Below are positions 40,836 to 50,169 of a stretch of 64,000 nucleotides of DNA, piece after piece (position 1 is the stretch's first letter; the number at the start of each line of letters is the position of its first letter). The translations under genes were made by a program, and so were the position numbers. The notes below the pieces were generated by a model that was given only the letters and a program-made list of their open reading frames with translations, was not told the origin of the DNA and made no database searches. Source of the DNA: Gemmatimonadota bacterium (GTDB lineage Bacteria > Gemmatimonadota > Gemmatimonadetes > Gemmatimonadales > GWC2-71-9); assembly GCA_039586365.1 (NCBI GenBank), contig JBDHKN010000006.1, positions 96,001-160,000 of the forward strand. The letters are read 5' to 3'.

Positions 40836-41333
40836 ATGACTGGTGCTGCGACGTGGTCACTAGACGAGAGTGATTATCAGCGCATTACCGCGCAGCTGAA
40901 CGATCTCCTGAAGGAGTGTAACGCTCGGTGTGCGCTGCTGGTGGATCGCGCCGGTCAGCTACTAGCCTCAGCTGGCGAACAGATGGCCTTCGATCCGACT
41001 GCGTTTGCTTCCCTGACAGCTGCGGACTTCAGCGCCAATGACCAATTGGCCAGGATGATCGGAGAACCCGAATTCGCATCGTTGTTCCACCAGGGCGAGA
41101 AGGAGTCAATGTATTTGGCTGACGTGGCCCGGCGGGTGATTTTGGTGGTTCTGTTCGACGAACGTACAACCGTCGGGATGGTCCGGCTTAGAGTCAAGCA
41201 GGCGGTCAACGAACTGGTCACTCTGTTCGATGAGATGTTTCGTCGTGGGGCCCCGGAGGCCGCACCACCCACCCAGAGAGGCGGTTTGCTCGAAGGTGCG
41301 GACGATGAGATCGACAAACTCTTTGGAGATTGA
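40836..41333 (+). CDS. mglB: Roadblock/LC7 protein MglB
   Basis: LLVDRAGQ, FASLTAAD, LARMIGEPEF, DDEIDKLF; adjacent to mglA. Confidence 0.93.
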   Translation: MTGAATWSLDESDYQRITAQLNDLLKECNARCALLVDRAGQLLASAGEQMAFDPTAFASLTAADFSANDQLARMIGEPEFASLFHQGEKESMYLADVARRVILVVLFDERTTVGMVRLRVKQAVNELVTLFDEMFRRGAPEAAPPTQRGGLLEGADDEIDKLFGD

Positions 41334-41349
41334 ACGAGGACGCTAGCCG

Positions 41350-42024
41350 ATGTCAATGATCAACTACGCGTCCCGTGAAATCAACTGCAAGCTCGTGTAC
41401 TATGGTCCCGGGCTTGGCGGGAAGACGACAAACCTGGAACACATATACGGTCGGGTCTCCCCGAACGCTCGTGGCAAGATGGTGTCGCTGGCGACTGAGA
41501 CTGAGCGTACGTTGTTTTTCGACTTTCTCCCGGTGGATCTGGGTACCATACGTGGTTTCAAGACACGATTCCATCTGTACACCGTGCCAGGACAGGTCTA
41601 CTACAACGCCTCACGCAAGCTCATACTCAAAGGTGTTGACGGGGTCGTCTTCGTGGCGGACAGTCAGATCGAGCGAATGGAAGCAAACATCGAGTCGATG
41701 CAGAACCTGTACGACAACATGGCGGAGTACGGTTACGATTTGACGAAGATTCCGTTCGTAGTACAGTACAACAAGCGGGACCTACCCAACTCTGCGCAGG
41801 TCTCGGAACTGCAATGTCAGTTGAATCCGGGCTGGCCCGCCGAGGACCCCACCAAGAAGAAGCTCACACCGGACCCGTGGCATCCTGGCGAATATCTGGT
41901 ACAGCAGGTCGACGGTATTTGGGTCGAGCGTGCACCATATTTCGAGTCGGTTGCGATAACCGGTGAAGGTGTCTTCGAGACTCTCAAGGCTCTGGCCAAA
42001 ACGGTGCTGAAATCACTGAGCTGA
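41350..42024 (+). CDS. mglA: MglA family small GTPase
   Basis: [37 protein letters not shown]. Confidence 0.96.
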   Translation: MSMINYASREINCKLVYYGPGLGGKTTNLEHIYGRVSPNARGKMVSLATETERTLFFDFLPVDLGTIRGFKTRFHLYTVPGQVYYNASRKLILKGVDGVVFVADSQIERMEANIESMQNLYDNMAEYGYDLTKIPFVVQYNKRDLPNSAQVSELQCQLNPGWPAEDPTKKKLTPDPWHPGEYLVQQVDGIWVERAPYFESVAITGEGVFETLKALAKTVLKSLS

Positions 42025-42037
42025 GGCTGCCGGTGCG

Positions 42038-42700
42038 ATGATCTGGACGCTACCCAATATCCTGACGATATGCCGTATCGCGCTGACCCCGGTCATCGCA
42101 CTGCTTCCGTTCATCCACGGATACATCCCCAAGATCATCGCCTTTGTTGTTTTCCTCGCTGCAGCAATCAGCGACATATATGATGGGAGACTCGCCCGCG
42201 AGCGGGACCAGATAACCGACCTAGGCAAGTTGCTGGATCCACTGGCAGACAAGCTGTTGCTCTTTGCAACGCTAGTCCCGATCTACTGGATCACCAATTA
42301 CCGGATGCAGGAGTATGGCATTCCCTGGTGGGGCAATGTTCCCCTGTGGGTCGCGCTCGTCCTCGTCGGGCGCGAACTCCTCATGACGCTGTTTCGACAC
42401 GTGGCGCAGAAGAGAGGGGTCGTGATCGCGGCGGCAGGTGCGGGCAAGATCAAAACGATCGTGCAGGATATCTTCATCGGCGCCACGATAGCCTGGTTTG
42501 CATGGAAGGACATGCGACTTGCATTTGGATGGCAGACTGGCTGGTTCGGTGCTCTGTGGGAACGCTTTCACGGAACTGTGATAGCAGTAACGCTAGCAAT
42601 AACAGTGCTCGTGACTGTCTACTCCCTGGGTGTCTATATCTACAGGTACAGGATGCTCTTCCGTGGGGTACCCTCCGCTGCCCCGGGCGATGGATCTTGA
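42038..42700 (+). CDS. pgsA: CDP-alcohol phosphatidyltransferase (PgsA-like)
   Basis: PNILT, DIYDGRLAR, GKLLDPLADK. Confidence 0.88.
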   Translation: MIWTLPNILTICRIALTPVIALLPFIHGYIPKIIAFVVFLAAAISDIYDGRLARERDQITDLGKLLDPLADKLLLFATLVPIYWITNYRMQEYGIPWWGNVPLWVALVLVGRELLMTLFRHVAQKRGVVIAAAGAGKIKTIVQDIFIGATIAWFAWKDMRLAFGWQTGWFGALWERFHGTVIAVTLAITVLVTVYSLGVYIYRYRMLFRGVPSAAPGDGS

Positions 42701-43949
42701 AGTCGTTACCGTCGGTACTGAGCTATTGCTTGGTTACACCCTAGATTCCAACGCAGCAGACATAGCTCGTTCACTCGCTCCGATCGGCGTTCGTGTCGTC
42801 CGTCGCTCGACCGTCGGAGACGACGAGGCAGCGATCCAGCAGGTCGTGGTCGACTGCCTCGAGCGTACTGGCTTCGTGATATTGACTGGTGGATTGGGCC
42901 CGACGCGGGACGATGTCACGAAAAAGGCTGTGGCGAGAGTCTTCGATGCCCCGCTGGAACTGGATGGCGAGTACCTCGAGCTGTTGCAGGAACGGTTCGC
43001 TCGACTTAGCAGTGGGCCAATGCCCGGGAGCAATCGCAGTCAGGCAGAGATACCACGCGGTGCTGTGGTCCTGACCAACCCAAGAGGTACAGCCCCAGGG
43101 CTGTGGATCGATGGACCCCTTGGCCTCGCCATCCTGCTGCCTGGCATCCCGAACGAAATGCGCGGGATCTTGCAGCGCGAGGTCATTCCACGGATGAGGC
43201 ATCGGCTGTATGAGCAGCACGGGCACCCTCGAGTGACGAAATCCAGGACACTCCGCACTACCGGCGTGTCGGAGTCCAAGCTCGCGGAATGGTTGGCGGC
43301 GCCGGAGGCCACGCTCGGTGCCGTTTCGTTGGCATACCTGCCGGGGATCGATGGCGTGGATTTGAGGCTCACGGCCTGGGAGATGCCAGAACAAGAAGTG
43401 GACGGTGCTCTCGATTCGGCTGTGGCCCTCCTCCGGCCGGCACTGGGAAGTGACTTCTATGGCGAAGAGGATGTGGATTTGGCGGAGGTAGTGCTGGAAC
43501 GACTGCGCGACGCCGGGTCTTGTCTCGCTGTGGCGGAGTCGTGTACTGGAGGTGGAATGGGTGCTAGACTCACGGCCGTGCCGGGCTCATCTGACGTATT
43601 CGCTGGCGGAGTCATCTCTTACTCCAATACCTCCAAGATCCGCGACCTCGGGGTCTCCGAGCAGCTCATCGAAGAGCATGGTGCGGTGAGCGTACCGGTC
43701 GTGGAGGCGATGGTGCATGGTGTGCGCGACAAGTTCGCAACCGATGCGGCTGTGGCGGCAACGGGTATTGCGGGACCTGGAGGCGGCACCTCGGAGAAGC
43801 CGGTCGGAACCGTATGTGTGGCCGCCTGCTTCCGTGAGCACACCAGGTCGCTCAAGAGGTGGTTTCCGGGCGGGCGGTCTGAAGTGCGTGATCGCAGCGC
43901 TCAGGCCGCGCTTGATCTGATGCGACGGCTGTTGGAGCGCGCCAGCTGA
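42690..43949 (+). CDS. cinA: CinA family protein (MoCF domain + NMN deamidase PncC)
   Basis: VGTELL, GGLGPTRDD, AESCTGG, TGIAGP. Confidence 0.94.
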   Translation: MDLEVVTVGTELLLGYTLDSNAADIARSLAPIGVRVVRRSTVGDDEAAIQQVVVDCLERTGFVILTGGLGPTRDDVTKKAVARVFDAPLELDGEYLELLQERFARLSSGPMPGSNRSQAEIPRGAVVLTNPRGTAPGLWIDGPLGLAILLPGIPNEMRGILQREVIPRMRHRLYEQHGHPRVTKSRTLRTTGVSESKLAEWLAAPEATLGAVSLAYLPGIDGVDLRLTAWEMPEQEVDGALDSAVALLRPALGSDFYGEEDVDLAEVVLERLRDAGSCLAVAESCTGGGMGARLTAVPGSSDVFAGGVISYSNTSKIRDLGVSEQLIEEHGAVSVPVVEAMVHGVRDKFATDAAVAATGIAGPGGGTSEKPVGTVCVAACFREHTRSLKRWFPGGRSEVRDRSAQAALDLMRRLLERAS

Positions 43950-43998
43950 GGCCGATCAGTTGCGTTCGTAGTATCTCTGCCATTCTGGCGTGCCGGAA

Positions 43999-44014
43999 TG
44001 GTGTGTTCCTTGCG
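43999..44014 (+). promoter_or_regulatory. Candidate sigma-54 promoter of grpE-dnaJ
   Basis: TGGT-GTGTTCC-TTGC (GG-N10-GC), overlapping an inverted repeat at 43980-44001. Confidence 0.4.
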
Positions 44015-44079
44015 TGATGTATATTGTCTACGAGTGTAGTTCGTCCACTTTGGAGATGCAGAAGGTATCGGAAAGAGGT

Positions 44080-44730
44080 ATGGTGAAACGAAAGAAGCGC
44101 AAAGCACAAGCTGGTGAGCCGACCGAACCGGTTGAGCAGGTGATGTCAGATGTGGACGAGGCAGTTGAGGCTACAGGGCAAGAGCCGACCACGGGTGAAT
44201 CTGGCATCGAGGAAGTGGTCTCGCAGGATGCGCCAGTTGACACCTACGCGGAAGAGTTGGCGCGACTGACTGAAGAGGTCGAAGTGCAGAAGGAGCGCTA
44301 CCTTCGCTTGGCTGCGGAGTTTGACAATTATCGGAAGAGGATGCTACGCGAGCGGGAGGAGACCCGAGCCGTGGCGCAGGGGGACGTGGTAGCCACGATA
44401 ATCGAGTCGCTCGATGATTTGGCGCGGGTTGCGGACCTCGATCCATCTCAGACAAATGCGCAGGATGTCATCGCTGGAGTCGAGCTGGTGGAGCGCAAGC
44501 TATTGCGTGAGCTGCAGAATGCCGGCCTGGTGCCTATTGGTACAGAAGGGGATCGCTTCAATCCCCACGATCATGAAGCCGTGGCGACCGCGCCGGCACT
44601 GGAGGCGACCCAGGAGGACCACATCGCGGCCGTCCTGCAGACTGGCTATCGCTTTGGTAAGACGTTGTTGAGGCCAGCGCGAGTGCAAGTCTTCGTGACG
44701 ACTGGAACAGACGAAGTGTCCGACGCGTAG
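44080..44730 (+). CDS. grpE: Nucleotide exchange factor GrpE
   Basis: LRLAAEFDNYRKR, FNPHDHEAV, GY...LRPARVQV. Confidence 0.96.
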   Translation: MVKRKKRKAQAGEPTEPVEQVMSDVDEAVEATGQEPTTGESGIEEVVSQDAPVDTYAEELARLTEEVEVQKERYLRLAAEFDNYRKRMLREREETRAVAQGDVVATIIESLDDLARVADLDPSQTNAQDVIAGVELVERKLLRELQNAGLVPIGTEGDRFNPHDHEAVATAPALEATQEDHIAAVLQTGYRFGKTLLRPARVQVFVTTGTDEVSDA

Positions 44731-44736
44731 GCGACC

Positions 44737-45828
44737 GTGAGCGGCAAGGATTACTATCAGATTCTGGGGATCTCCGAGAAGGCAACTGGCGAGGAGATCA
44801 AGAAGGCGTATCGGCGATTGGCCAAGAGATACCATCCCGATGCCAATCCCGGCAACGCTGCTGCCGCCGAACGGTTCAAAGAGATTTCGGAAGCCAACAC
44901 GGTTCTGAGCGATCCCCAACAGCGCAAGAAGTACGACATGATGCGCAAGTACGGGGCCTTCGCTGGCGGGCCGAAGGCTTGGGGTGCCCGTGCTGGACGT
45001 GCGGGTTCGACTCGGGTAGAGGACTTCGATTTCGGTGGCGGATTCGGTGGGTTCGGGGGTCTGGGCGACATCTTCTCGACGATTTTTGGACGTGGCAAGC
45101 GGCCCGGGGATGTCGAACCTATCGAGCAGGTCGCAGAAGTACCGTTCAAGGTGGCTGCGCTCGGTGGCAAGATCCCCGTCACCGTTTCAGTGAGAGAAGC
45201 CTGTCCTATGTGTGGCGGTTCTGGGGCGGCACCCGGGGCGAGAGTGTCGAGCTGTCAAGAGTGTGGTGGGCGGGGGACTGTCAGCTTCGGACAGGGGAGC
45301 TTCGCTGTGAACAGGCCGTGTCCGGCGTGCCGCGGCCGCGGCCAGGTGGCCAGTGAGGTTTGCGGTAGCTGCACTGGGGATGGGGAGGTGGCGGTGCAGA
45401 AGAAGCTGCGTGTTACGGTGCCGCCGGGAACCGACTCCGGACACAAGGTGCGGCTAAAGGGTCAGGGGCAGCGCAACCCAACAGGAGGGCGGCACGGTGA
45501 CCTAATAGTGACCTTCCAGGTCAAGCCTGACAGGTTCTTCCGGCGAGAAGGCTTGGATATCCTCTGCACGATCCCCCTGAACCTGGTCCAGGCCATATTG
45601 GGTACTAAACTGCACGTCCGGACTATCCATGGACAGAAGGTAGTACTGAGAATCCCACCTGCAACCCAACCAGGCCGCAAGCTGAGGATCAAAGGACAGG
45701 GAATCGAGCGGAACGGACGGCGGGGTGATCAGCTGGTTGAGGTCGCTGTCACCATGCCAGAGAAGCTCAACCCAGAACAGGAGCGGCTGCTCAAGGAGTT
45801 CGCCACTTCAGTTGGGATGAAGTACTAG
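44737..45828 (+). CDS. dnaJ: Chaperone DnaJ
   Basis: J domain with HPD, G/F region, four CxxCxGxG repeats. Confidence 0.95.
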   Translation: MSGKDYYQILGISEKATGEEIKKAYRRLAKRYHPDANPGNAAAAERFKEISEANTVLSDPQQRKKYDMMRKYGAFAGGPKAWGARAGRAGSTRVEDFDFGGGFGGFGGLGDIFSTIFGRGKRPGDVEPIEQVAEVPFKVAALGGKIPVTVSVREACPMCGGSGAAPGARVSSCQECGGRGTVSFGQGSFAVNRPCPACRGRGQVASEVCGSCTGDGEVAVQKKLRVTVPPGTDSGHKVRLKGQGQRNPTGGRHGDLIVTFQVKPDRFFRREGLDILCTIPLNLVQAILGTKLHVRTIHGQKVVLRIPPATQPGRKLRIKGQGIERNGRRGDQLVEVAVTMPEKLNPEQERLLKEFATSVGMKY

Positions 45829-46631
45829 TTTCCGGCAGCTGGGGTGAGCCAGGGAGATGAATCGTCAGGCTCGATATCACCGTATGCCCCAACCGAGAAG
45901 GTCGCGTTGGGACCTTCCTGCCACCTCACAACCTCACCGGTGAACGGCGAGAATCCGTAAACCATGAATCCCTCAAAGCCCTCGCGCCCGGCCAGTATGT
46001 TAGGGCGGCCTCTCGAATCGACTGAGATGTCTGTGATGAACACATTGTCAGCCCACTGCCAATCCACCCTCCACCTTATCTTCCCCATTTCGTTGTAGAG
46101 TGTGACCTTTCGGTGGGGAACGAGGTGCAGCACTCCGCCTTGGTCCGCAACCAGCAAGCCAGTTCGAGGACTGGATTCTATGAGGGCAAAAGTCGAGATG
46201 CTGTCCTCACGAAAAGCCACAAGCCGGTCATCTCTCGTCTCGAGGACTATGCGCCCGTCTGGGAGGACCGCGAACTGGTGCTGAACAGCCGTAATAGAGT
46301 CTACATCGATTCTCTGTTCGACCTCTCCGCCGGCTCCGAAGACTACAATCCAGGCCCGCCCATCGCGCACGTCAGATACGTACAAGCGGCCATCGTGCCA
46401 CTGTAGATGGGTTGGACTGACCAGCTCGTCGATCCCGAGTGTATCTGTCTTGCGAGTGAGCCGATTGAATATTAGAACACCAGGAAGAGTCGGGCGGGAG
46501 ATCGCCAGCACGCTGTCACCCGCCGGGGCGACCGCTCGTCCATCGAGGAAGATCAACTCGGCCTGTGACGGGGCGTCGCACGACTGAAGCAGTGCTCCTG
46601 CCAACAAGGCCAACGGGAAAGAAGAGCGCAT
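45825..46631 (-). CDS. Hypothetical lipoprotein with beta-propeller-like repeats
   Basis: Lipobox-like 'LLQSC'; beta-rich repeats (DGRLYVSD, PDGRIV, VDSRG). Confidence 0.7.
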   Translation of the reverse strand: MRSSFPLALLAGALLQSCDAPSQAELIFLDGRAVAPAGDSVLAISRPTLPGVLIFNRLTRKTDTLGIDELVSPTHLQWHDGRLYVSDVRDGRAWIVVFGAGGEVEQRIDVDSITAVQHQFAVLPDGRIVLETRDDRLVAFREDSISTFALIESSPRTGLLVADQGGVLHLVPHRKVTLYNEMGKIRWRVDWQWADNVFITDISVDSRGRPNILAGREGFEGFMVYGFSPFTGEVVRWQEGPNATFSVGAYGDIEPDDSSPWLTPAAGN

Positions 46632-46892
46632 TGTTAGGCCCTCGTATTGGTGTCGATGTAGCTGCTGTTACCAAATCTAATAGCTACAAACCACCCGTGC
46701 GGTGATATCAATCTCGTGTGCAAGCGGGGCCACACAGACATCATTGTGGCTGCACGGGTGAGATCAATAGCTTTCGGAACGTGACCGATGTCGGGTAGTG
46801 AAGGCAAGGGACGGCGGAGGCAGGTGTTGGCCGCTCCTGTCGTTCGCTGCTTACCGACCGGCAAAGATCAACTCACCCGAGGAAGCTCGATC

Positions 46893-47318
46893 ATGTCTAC
46901 CATCGCAACCTATCGGCGCTGGACCTTCGAACTTCCAGCAGAGTTCGGACATCGTGACGTTACTGCCGAAGTCCGGGATTTGGTGACAGAGGCCGGCGTC
47001 GAAACAGGGATAGTCTCGGTGCAACTCGTGGGTTCGACCGGTGCCGTCACCACGATAGAGTACGAATCCGGAGCGCTAGAAGACTTGAAACGCGCCCTGG
47101 ATCGTGCGGCGCCCATCGACGCGCACTACGAGCACAATGCTCGCTGGGGAGATGGCAACGGATTTTCGCACGTCCGCTCTGCAATTCTCAAGACAAGCAT
47201 TACGGTGCCGGTCATAGATGGACGCCTGGACCTCGGTACCTGGCAGCAGATTGTGATCATAAACCTCGACAATCGTTCCAGAACCAGAAAAATGACAGTT
47301 GCAGTAGTCGGTGTTTAG
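46893..47318 (+). CDS. yjbQ: YjbQ/UPF0047 family protein
   Basis: GSTG..TTIE, YEH...GDGNGFSH, LGTWQ. Confidence 0.92.
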   Translation: MSTIATYRRWTFELPAEFGHRDVTAEVRDLVTEAGVETGIVSVQLVGSTGAVTTIEYESGALEDLKRALDRAAPIDAHYEHNARWGDGNGFSHVRSAILKTSITVPVIDGRLDLGTWQQIVIINLDNRSRTRKMTVAVVGV

Positions 47319-47336
47319 TATGAAGACCAACCTTTG

Positions 47337-47693
47337 CTACGAACGTCGTTTCTCTTTGCCGACGAACTTGTTGGCGCCCCAGCTGGTGAGACTCACAATG
47401 ACGGATGCGATGATCGCTGTGGTCAAGCCGTCCGTATGAAAGGTCGGCATGAATCGAGCAACCAATAGCACCATCGCTCCGTTGATGACGAAAATGAAGA
47501 GCCCCAGAGTCAAGAAAGTGATCGGAAACGTCAGAAATACTACGATGGGCCGGACGACCGCATTCACTATGCCGAGTAGAAAGGCTGCGATCAGGAGGGA
47601 AAAAGTAGTATCGAACCTGATGCCACCCAGGAGCTGATCGGCCAACCACAGACCGAACGCGGTAATGAATAAGCGTGCTAGGAAAGATGTCAT
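47337..47693 (-). CDS. YvlD / phage holin superfamily IV membrane protein
   Basis: 'GIVNAVVRP...TFPITFLTLGLF..VING'. Confidence 0.88.
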   Translation of the reverse strand: MTSFLARLFITAFGLWLADQLLGGIRFDTTFSLLIAAFLLGIVNAVVRPIVVFLTFPITFLTLGLFIFVINGAMVLLVARFMPTFHTDGLTTAIIASVIVSLTSWGANKFVGKEKRRS

Positions 47694-47788
47694 GATCGAG
47701 TGTCTCTACGACTCATTCGTCCCAGTTGTTTCAAGGGCTGGCAACACGGAATATGTCCGGCCGGCACGCGGTGAGCTGCACTGGAGTC

Positions 47789-48220
47789 TCAGGAAGAGAA
47801 CTCCACTTGATCCACCAAGTGCATGCCCTGAGCCAAGCTCTTGTGGACGGGACAGCGCTGCGCAATCTGGGTAAGGCGCTTCCGTTGGCTGTCGTCGAAA
47901 TTGCCTGCGATACGTACGAAGCTAGTTACTTGCTCGATCTGCCCACCTCTGTCTTTCTCGCAGCCATCACAGTCATCGGCATGCACCCGTTTGAAGTCGT
48001 ACCACGCGGACACCGACTTCAGCGGTATCCCCTTGTGCTTGCAGTACAGTGACAGGGTAATGCACGTGCACGCTGAAAGTGCACCAAGTAGCAACTCGTA
48101 TGGATTGGGAGCTAGGTCGGTGCCCTTGGCCTCAGGCGGTTCGTCTGCTCGCCACGTGTGCCGGCCGTTGGAGATGGTTACCAGCATTCCTGATGTGAGT
48201 TCAGCGGTGACCTTTGTCAT
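47789..48220 (-). CDS. OsmC family protein
   Basis: ADEP..KGTD..PNPYELLLGALSAC, RCPVH. Confidence 0.92.
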   Translation of the reverse strand: MTKVTAELTSGMLVTISNGRHTWRADEPPEAKGTDLAPNPYELLLGALSACTCITLSLYCKHKGIPLKSVSAWYDFKRVHADDCDGCEKDRGGQIEQVTSFVRIAGNFDDSQRKRLTQIAQRCPVHKSLAQGMHLVDQVEFSS

Positions 48221-48231
48221 ATGCTCTCCAA

Positions 48232-48993
48232 TCAAATCACTGCTCTCAAGAATGCAACTATTGCACCTGCTGCTCTCTCAGCATGTTCGTGGCGCGTGAA
48301 CAGGTGGTTCGCGTCCGGTATCGCCGCGAACCACCGGGGTTGACGCGCGGCGGAGAATACCTTCTCGCTTTCTTCGATGCCGATTACCTGGTCGGCTGTT
48401 CCGTGGACTACGAGCAGTGGACGCCGCAGATTCGTGATATGGTCGAGCGTGGACTGGCGCCCTAGGTCCTTAAAGAACTCAGCAGATATCTCGAAAGGAC
48501 GGCCGGCAATCTTGACGTGGACTCGCCCGCTCGAGAGTGCTGTCTCAATATCATCTTCGTCGAACAAATGCCGCACATGCTCGGCGGTCGAAGGCGCTGC
48601 CACTGTAGCCACCGCGCGGATCTCGGGAGATTCCCTCGCAGCCAGCAGGGCCGCAGCGCCGCCGAGACTATGTCCGACCAGCGCGCAAGATCCAAAACCC
48701 CGCAGTTGCATGTAGCGTGTTGCGGCTTCCAGATCTCCGACGTTAGTGGTCAGACTGGTCTCGGCAAAATCGCCGTCGCTCTCGCCTAGTCCAGTGAAAT
48801 CGAATCGCAGCACGGCGTATCCACCGTCTTCGATACCCGTGGCCAAATTCCGTATGACCTTGTATGACCGCGAGCAGGTGAAGCAGTGAGCCAACACCAC
48901 GCCGCCCCGAATATCGCCGTCAGGGATCTGGAGAGAGCCCGATAGGCGGGTCTCAACGCCGTCGAAAGTGACTTCTTCGTGTCTACGGTTCAC
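48232..48993 (-). CDS. Alpha/beta hydrolase (OsmC-associated type)
   Basis: AHCFTC, RFDFTGLGESDG, GHSLGG, HG..D, NHL. Confidence 0.92.
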   Translation of the reverse strand: MNRRHEEVTFDGVETRLSGSLQIPDGDIRGGVVLAHCFTCSRSYKVIRNLATGIEDGGYAVLRFDFTGLGESDGDFAETSLTTNVGDLEAATRYMQLRGFGSCALVGHSLGGAAALLAARESPEIRAVATVAAPSTAEHVRHLFDEDDIETALSSGRVHVKIAGRPFEISAEFFKDLGRQSTLDHITNLRRPLLVVHGTADQVIGIEESEKVFSAARQPRWFAAIPDANHLFTRHEHAERAAGAIVAFLRAVI

Positions 48994-49005
48994 GGTCAAT
49001 CTCTG

Positions 49006-50169
49006 TCATAGCCCCACCGCGGCCCGGTTGATGACGCCACCTCCCAATAGCCGTCCATCCTCCCCGTAGAGTACTCCCGACTGCCCCGGAGTTACTGCAC
49101 ACACCGGCTCAGCAAGGTCGAGTGCGAGGTTGCCTTCTTGCGCCGCCTTGCGGTCAGACACACGGGCCGGGACCGGTTTACTTCGGTAGCGGACCTGAAC
49201 CACACATCTGGCGTCTCGATCCAGAGGGGGGCTCAGCCAGTTGACGCCCTCGATCTCGAGGCTGTGGCCGAACAGCTCCGCGCGTGGGCCAATCACGACT
49301 TCGCGAGTCTCGGGTCTTATGGCAGTTACATACATTGGAGTCTTCGAACCACCCGGTAGACCCCGTCTCTGACCAATCGTGTATCTGGCATACCCGCCGT
49401 GTTCGCCCACCACCTCTCCACTGGAAGTGACAATCGGTCCTGGAGTGAGTGCAGGTGAGTCTGCTGGAAGATGTTGCGCCAGTAGAGTCACGTAGTTGTC
49501 GTCAGGCACAAAACAGACTTCGACCGACTCCCTCTTTTCGGCGGTCACGAGACGCAGATCCCGGGCGATCTGTCGGGTTTCCTCCTTCGCGAGGTCACCC
49601 AGCGGAGTCAGCATTCGCTGTACTACGGCCTGGTCGATTCCCCACAAGAAGTACGTCTGATCCTTGTCCGGGTCACGACCGCGATACAGTGCTCCATGTC
49701 TGGCTATCGCGTAGTGACCGGTAGCGATGTAATCGCACCCTAGAGCATCGGCGTGCCCCATGAGATCACGGAACTTGGTGAACGAATTGCAGCGAACACA
49801 CGGGATCGGAGTTCGGCCCCTGGCATACTCAGAGACGAAGTTCTGGATGACATCCCGATTGAACCGATCAGCGAAATCAAGCACGTAGTGGGGTATGCCA
49901 AGACTTGCCGCAACTGACGCCGCGTCGGATATCGACTCCAAGGAACAACAAGGGCGATCCGGGACCTGGTCGCCGTAACAGAAGAGCCTCATGGTGACGC
50001 CGAGTACTTCATATCCCTGCTGGACCAGCAGAGCGGCGGCCACGGAACTGTCGACACCACCGGACATGGCCAGGAGGACCTTGCCACTTGTGCCTTGTCG
50101 GTCCGGGCGATCGCGCAGTATGCCCGTGCGGTGGTGTGCGGTTGACCTCTCCGCAATGCCACCATTCAT
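49006..50169 (-). CDS. mnmA: tRNA 2-thiouridine synthase
   Basis: AMSGGVDS, PIPCVRCN, ATGHY, KDQTYFL, YTIGQR, TPGQ. Confidence 0.97.
   Translation of the reverse strand: MNGGIAERSTAHHRTGILRDRPDRQGTSGKVLLAMSGGVDSSVAAALLVQQGYEVLGVTMRLFCYGDQVPDRPCCSLESISDAASVAASLGIPHYVLDFADRFNRDVIQNFVSEYARGRTPIPCVRCNSFTKFRDLMGHADALGCDYIATGHYAIARHGALYRGRDPDKDQTYFLWGIDQAVVQRMLTPLGDLAKEETRQIARDLRLVTAEKRESVEVCFVPDDNYVTLLAQHLPADSPALTPGPIVTSSGEVVGEHGGYARYTIGQRRGLPGGSKTPMYVTAIRPETREVVIGPRAELFGHSLEIEGVNWLSPPLDRDARCVVQVRYRSKPVPARVSDRKAAQEGNLALDLAEPVCAVTPGQSGVLYGEDGRLLGGGVINRAAVGL

Noticed and set aside
47337..47693. Holin as a prophage marker
   Set aside because: YvlD-type membrane protein with no phage genes nearby.
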